Shown one piece after another: positions 58,305 to 64,000 of a DNA stretch of 64,000 nucleotides. Position numbers and translations under genes: made by a program. The stretch is taken from positions 1,426,001 to 1,490,000 of the forward strand of contig OX337228.1 of NCBI GenBank assembly GCA_946965045.2, in the 5' to 3' direction. Source of the DNA: Epithemia pelagica. Taxonomy: Eukaryota > Protista > Bacillariophyta. The notes under the pieces are model-generated. The model was not told where the DNA came from. It did no database searches and was given only the letters and a program-made list of their open reading frames with translations. Each line of letters starts with the position of its first letter. Position 1 is the first letter of the stretch.

Positions 58305-59098
58305 ATGAAATCCAACACGATCGCCACATCTTGGTTTTGGACCCTCGTCGTCGCCGCCACCATGCTGAACAATGCTGTTGTATTTGAGGCCGTTCAAGGC
58401 TTTACTGTTGTTCCACCAGCAACGACATCCACAACAAGGACGAGTACTTCGTCCATTATTCGTCAACTCAGTGTCCCATCTTCGAAGGAACAACAACAGC
58501 TTTATCGACAAAGTAGTTCGTTGACCAGCTCAGCAATCATGGTATTGAGTGCCAAGAGGGGCTTCGGAGAGCAAAAGAAGAAGAAGGAAAAGTCGACTGG
58601 ACAGATCAAGAGAGAACAAGAAGGATCGAAGTACGAAGAAATCGCCAACTCTGGTGGACAGGAATACAGTACGTCGTAAATGACTCAATCGTTTGTCATC
58701 GTGATTGACTTCTCATCTTTCCATTTTTTGGCTTTCTATTGACTTGATCTCTTGACTACGCCGATACAGCTATCTTCGTACGACAGTTTGGTTCTGACGA
58801 CAAGAGTTGGTTGCCTTGCGGTGCTATCGCAGTCCCTCGTTCTGCTCAAGTGTCCGATGCCATTTACGCCAATGTGGATTCCCTCAAGGGATCGATTGTT
58901 CGTACCTATCCCAAGTTGGCAGGCTATGAAGAAGAATTTGAATTTGGCTTTAACCTCAAAATTTATCCTGACGATCCAGTGGAAGTGGCATCCAAGAATG
59001 CGCCACGAGTACCGGGTTTGTCAGTCGGCAACTGGTTGTCCACTCTTTTCAGTCCAGTGGATGCCTCCAAAGTACCACCACCTCCCATGAATGATTAG
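58305..59098 (+). CDS. Plastid-targeted small protein, possibly HHL1-like, 2 exons
   Basis: Signal peptide + VQG-F transit start and S/T-rich transit peptide; intron 58669-58769 gives EYTIFVRQFGSDDKSWLPCGAI...YPKL..FEFGFNLK; family assignment from memory only. Confidence 0.6.
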
Positions 59099-59518
59099 TT
59101 ATTAGAATATCATGTATATCGGGCGACGTTTGTACATCTCTTTGAGCGACCACCAAACATCGCGTATAGGGTAACCATCATCAGCAATTACTATTTAATG
59201 CGTTCTATTTCTGTTTTATATTTGTATGCAAAGAACTATTGGTGACAAGTCGCTTATCTTGGAAATGGATGAACTACCACTTATTTAATGTGGTTAGGAA
59301 CGATACCCCATTCAAAATGTCCAGGAGCCAAACAGCAGATTTCGATTTCATCATGATGACGATGCATTAAGAAATCTGGGTACATACTTGGAGGACCTTA
59401 TTCTGCTGGTCCTTTGTTTCCAAGCGGCGGAAAAGAAGATGTTTATAGCTGTCGCGGTGTACGCAAACACCACATCCTTCATAAAGGCACACTTCTCGGT
59501 GTGCTCGCTATGTCGTTT

Positions 59519-61313
59519 TTACACCTCTTCCATGCCCTCGTCAACATATTGCAAAATGTTCTTCATGAACTTATCCACAACACGAGTTTGGTTGACAATT
59601 TGTGTGCGGTCCATTTCATTCAAAGGTTGTTCGGACAATTCCGATAAATGCTCGGTAAAGCGTTCCAACATTTCTTGATGATGTTCGAAACGTTCTCGCT
59701 GCATTGCCAAGGACGCAAGCGCAGAGTTACTGAAAGAATGACTTTTATTGTCGGCCGTCAAGTAGTAAGCAAAGACATAGGTATATTTCAATACACGACG
59801 GCACTCCACCAATTGCTCATTGGCTGCCTTGAGGAATTCCACATCCGTCCACTTAATGGCATCGTTTGCCGATTGATCTTGCAACAAAATCATTCGCTGT
59901 TCCGTTTCCTTGAGTTGTTTCTGCGCAAACTTTTGTGCCTCGGCATGCGCATGGTAGCGCTTGTAATAATGCAAGTAACGATCCAAGTCGCGCTTTGCCT
60001 TGGCAGCATCGGAATTGTCTGTACTGCCACTTTCACCCGCAGTCTCAAATTTGTTGCATTTGTAGTAGCCTCCAGTACTCGCTCCGTGATCGGCCCAATC
60101 GCCCATACATATCCAGCAGAATTCATGTTTGCAACTGGAGCACGTCATATGATTACAACCCTGGTTCTTTTCAATACGACTTCGACAACGAGGACAACTC
60201 TTGGTGTTGGCCAAAATCCAATTGGCAGTTTCGGATTCGTTGCGGCATTTTTCGCTCCACTTGTCCAATTCCTTACAAGAGCTGGGAGCGTGCGGTTCAT
60301 TTCCACATACCATGCAAAACCGTGTATAGCATGAGTCACAACTGGCAATGTTTCCATCCGCTTCCATGGCCAGGGCCGATTCGGCACAAGCAATTCGCTC
60401 ACAGCCCTTACCAGGACACCATCGTGTCAAGCTATTGGCATCCACAAAGCTGCGAAGTTGGTAGGTGAGATACTTGAGCATGTGTGGGCTGTTCATTCCT
60501 CCCAAAGCCCGAGCCATTTCTTCTTCCGTCACTACTTCCGTACAGGACGCCTGTGGGCAGGTGGTATTGACACACGAAGGTCCTTCGTTGACCGCATTCA
60601 CACAAAAGTCATACCAACAGTCCATACAAAACTCGTGTCCGCAGGGCATGGACATCATTTGAGACCGATCAAAATCATCATAACAAATGGGACATGTCAC
60701 TTGGTCTGTGGATTCCATGGATTTGGTGACTACTCCGGAGCAGCGATTGTACACTCCCGCTTTGCGAAGGCTTCGTTCCTGTGCAATCATGTATTCTTCC
60801 AGCAACCCTTCCTTGGAAAATTGATGACTCCGCAACAACACCGCTGCAGCCGCCGGTGTAACTCCCAAAATATCGCATATATCGGTGATACGGCGTTGCA
60901 TGACTGGTCGTAAATCATCCGCTTTTAAGATACGAATGCAAGACTTGTAGGGAAGCCCCGAACTACCCGATCCACCTATAACCGCGGATTCATTGAGTCA
61001 TTTAGTATTGCCAAACATGACAGCACAAACAAATGAGCGTATGAGAATCGACAAGAAACAAAAAGGCATGACCGGCGTTGTGCTTGGCAAGAAACACGTC
61101 TCGCAAACTGGAGGGGGGATCGCCGCAAGACGAACTCGCCAAAGCAGCAAACTTACCCTTGCTGTATGAAGACGAAGGAGGGGCATTTGGATTGTCAACC
61201 TCATTCCAATCCATCTCCTCCGCACCATCGTCTTGTTCCACCGAATAGCCGTCCTCTTCATCTTCGAATTCATTGTCATCGGTTGAGTATTCGTAGTCTT
61301 CGTTGTCCGACAT
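59519..61313 (-). CDS. ARI: Ariadne-type RBR E3 ubiquitin ligase, 2 exons
   Basis: Acidic N-terminus, RING1 CPICYD..CGHEFCMDCW, IBR RWCPGKGC..CMVC, RING2 KSCPRC..IEKNQGCNHMTC, Ariadne domain LDRYLHYYKRY..RRVLKYTY; intron 60976-61156. Confidence 0.95.
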
Positions 61314-62168
61314 GGTGAAGAGAGACACAGCACTGACTGTTAATGAGATGGACAATCTAGACCAAATGATACTTGAGTGATTTGGACTGGATTGGACTGG
61401 ATGGAAAACCGTTCCACTGCGTGGCGATAAGAGTTTTCCGCACGAATTCCTTTCGGTTCCTTTCAGTGTCACTAGAGAGTGAGCAGTCACAAGAAATCAA
61501 AGTTAAAGTTCCAGAAGGAAACCGAGAAAATAATAATGATGCAATCTATAGATGAACCACCCTCCTGTATCACAACAAGAAGAAAGACGTGTTGAGAAAA
61601 GTTTGCCTCCGATCCTATTATTTGGCCTATTTTGACCAAGGTGCGTTGCGGTCGTACAGGTTTGGTTTTTCCGCTTCGTTCACGGGCCAGAATTGAGAGG
61701 AGCCAATCCCAAGAACAAAGAGCCATGGTTGATGTTGTTGGAGGGAGGTACAAGACGGTACTCTTTGCCCCCCAGTAGAAACTCCCTACTCCTCCGAGTT
61801 TTAACTTTGGTGAAGTGTCATCTGTCATCTGTTCCGGCGTGGGGCATAGCACAAAGAAATCGAGGTCCTGCGTTGGGCATCTAATAGCATGGCACACTCC
61901 ACACGGCTGTTCTTTTGTTTAACTGTTGTTGAATGAATGATGGCGCCCGCTCTCGCTATGGTAGAAGTATCCCTATTGTAAAGGTTAGGCAGGTTAGACT
62001 TTGACTGATGCAGTGACAATGACACCTCTCCCCGCATCTATAGATAGGAGTAGATAGAGATTACACTCGAGTTCTTTCTTATTCACTTGCAGAATAACAA
62101 CACATATGTTAAATTTAGCTCTAGCATCAACCTTTCAAGCTGCATGTATATGCATATTGTGTCTATCT

Positions 62169-62807
62169 CTAGTCCACTGCAATCACAAGCTTTCCGTTAC
62201 GTTCTCCCAGTTTGTACATTGGCAGAGATCCTCCATCCTTGGATGAAAAAATGCTTTTGACGACGCCACCGAAGAGTCCTCCCGATTCTGTGGATTTCAC
62301 CTTGCTGCCGTCTTTGAGAGTATAGGTTGCCTTGCAAAAGTCACAGACAATGCGAGGGGAGGATGTATCTTCATCAGCATTCTCGTCCGACGGCGCGGGT
62401 GGTTCCACCACCTTTGCCTTGGTAAGAGGAATTTTACAGGAAGGACACGATGATCCAAAGCAATAGGTCTGTCCATTGTAGGCCTTGACCACAGCCACAG
62501 CACCCGTTGGGTTGGTGGCAGAATCCTTCATTGTCGGCAGCTCCGTGTCCAGCAATCCCACACGGCCTGTTTCGGATGGAAGCTTTTGGTTTGGTGGCAT
62601 GGGGCACCAATTTATATCTGTTCGCAATGAGACCTCGTCACCACTTTTCTCCACTCGGCTTCTTTTTAATTTGCCTCGCCCCCTTTGCTTCGCCGAAAGC
62701 TCCGAGCTGTAGCGTTGAGGTACAAACCCATTGCTTCCATGTAGAAATGCTCTTGACGGTTCCAAGAGCAGCATCAGTGCCACACAGAGAGAGGAAAGAT
62801 GCTTCAT
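62169..62807 (-). CDS. Plastid-targeted Rieske-ferredoxin-fold protein with non-canonical ligands
   Basis: Signal peptide + SRA-F; SCPSCKIPL and IVCDFCKATY occupy the positions of the Rieske CxH and CxxH boxes; LPMYKLGERNGKLVI terminal strand. Confidence 0.7.
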   Translation of the reverse strand: MKHLSSLCVALMLLLEPSRAFLHGSNGFVPQRYSSELSAKQRGRGKLKRSRVEKSGDEVSLRTDINWCPMPPNQKLPSETGRVGLLDTELPTMKDSATNPTGAVAVVKAYNGQTYCFGSSCPSCKIPLTKAKVVEPPAPSDENADEDTSSPRIVCDFCKATYTLKDGSKVKSTESGGLFGGVVKSIFSSKDGGSLPMYKLGERNGKLVIAVD

Positions 62808-64000
62808 GGTCGTTGCTGGGATACAAGTTCTCGAAAGTGAGTGTTGTGTGTCAACCGTCAACTGAAGACCAACAAAAAATGAGGCCACATCACGATATGA
62901 TTCAGTCTGCATCGTAACCCGAATGTTGTGCTATTTGCTGTGTCAGTTCTGGTCCAACTCCGAGTACGAAAGATGGTCGCACAAAGGGTCGCTGGTCGCT
63001 GAAAATCCGTGTCTATGACGAACGTGGCTGATTACCACGGAAGAATGTTTTTTGGCCAATCAGATGCATTCAAGTCATTTCACGCACTGTCGCGGTGCAT
63101 ACGTTGATGCGGAAGAAAAAAGACATCAAGGGGTGTTCGAGGTGTCTTCACGCCACATTTTTTGGTAAGTGCGGAGGTGCAATTGCATTTGCATACACGA
63201 GACACGATGCACGATGAAACGAGGTGTCTCCGGCGGAATCTTTGCGCCTTGGCCAATGTCTCTGAAATCTGAACAACCGGATCAAGTTTGGAAATCGAGT
63301 CTCCTCTCACATTTTTTTCAAATGTTTCTTTGTGGCTTTCATTTCCAGATTCAGTGCTGTGCCAAACACTTTGGGACTGTCACCGTTGAACACAAGAATC
63401 TTGACTGCTCCGGTCTAAACGTCGACGCCCAAGTGTCTGTCCAAGAAGAAGAGTGTACGGAGGCTCGTTCACCAAGGAAAAGTCAAGACAGTTGCCAAAT
63501 CATGAATATCATTGTTGGTCACGGCTTTAAAGGTGCTGGATCCTGCCCTTCTCGACGTGCAAAGTGCAAACATGACGTTGTTTGGGTGACTTCTCTCCAG
63601 AAACTGTCGTTTTCGAAGCGATGGATTCACAGCAGCTCCTGTACGGATGGCCCATGCTTCACATCCTACTCACTGTCGCAGCACAACAATCACGAAGGTG
63701 ATCACAGCCCGGATTTGTCACAACAGCACCACCTGAATGCATCGAGTTATGGATACCGAATTGTTCCACCGATGCAAGGCACAAGATATACGTCGACGCA
63801 ACCAATGAGAATGAGTGGCGAACAACGTCGTGGGCCAAAGATGACGTCCTCCCTGCCATGGCGGCGGACTGCACCATCTACTACTACGTGTAGACCCACG
63901 GTTAACACGCTCGGGGATATCTATGCCAAGGCAACAGGCTACAGCAACAGTCTTTACGTGCCATCTCATGACTGTTTTACAGAGTCGCCAGACTGGGATT

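Noticed and set aside
63000-64000. Possible gene or TE fragment at the window end
   Set aside because: All frames are short or interrupted and no domain is recognisable; needs flanking sequence
1-64000. tRNA, rRNA, CRISPR arrays
   Set aside because: No cloverleaf or T-loop signature, rRNA-like segment or repeat-spacer array was seen by eye; a tRNAscan/Infernal run was not possible

Overview
Eukaryotic, gene-dense 64-kb window, most consistent with a pennate diatom. Evidence: short GT(ACGT/AAGT)-AG introns, bipartite plastid-targeting presequences, FEA1/ISIP2-like and CPI1 genes, and a Copia element with a half-tRNA primer-binding site. The species cannot be determined. About 20 host genes: a tandem rhomboid pair (one lacks the catalytic His), a ppGalNAc-T-like glycosyltransferase, a Crinkler-type NTPase+REase, glutamate decarboxylase, a mucin-like membrane protein, a CDIN1/C15orf41 nuclease, CPI1, a CAP protein, SAYSD1, a SP-RING/PIAS-like ligase, a FEA1/ISIP2-like protein, an APH/choline-kinase-fold protein, a gelsolin ending in a CaaX box, an Ariadne E3, an atypical Rieske-fold protein and several unknowns. 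A ~13-kb transposon cluster spans 9651-22820: a TA-flanked MITE; a Penelope-like retroelement (RT+GIY-YIG) split just after its YRDD motif by a full-length 7.2-kb Copia (278-bp LTRs, CTATC TSD); and a two-gene PIF/Harbinger element with 29-bp TIRs. Most notable signals: a candidate -1 frameshift cassette (GGATTTT plus hairpin/pseudoknot) at the Copia gag/pol junction, followed by a membrane-like insert; a hammerhead-core motif in the PLE; a header-less CR-NTPase/REase module beside the TE cluster; a prenylatable gelsolin; and a recurrent non-coding (C)TAGGAGTA motif. All protein assignments come from motif recognition by eye; no database search was run.
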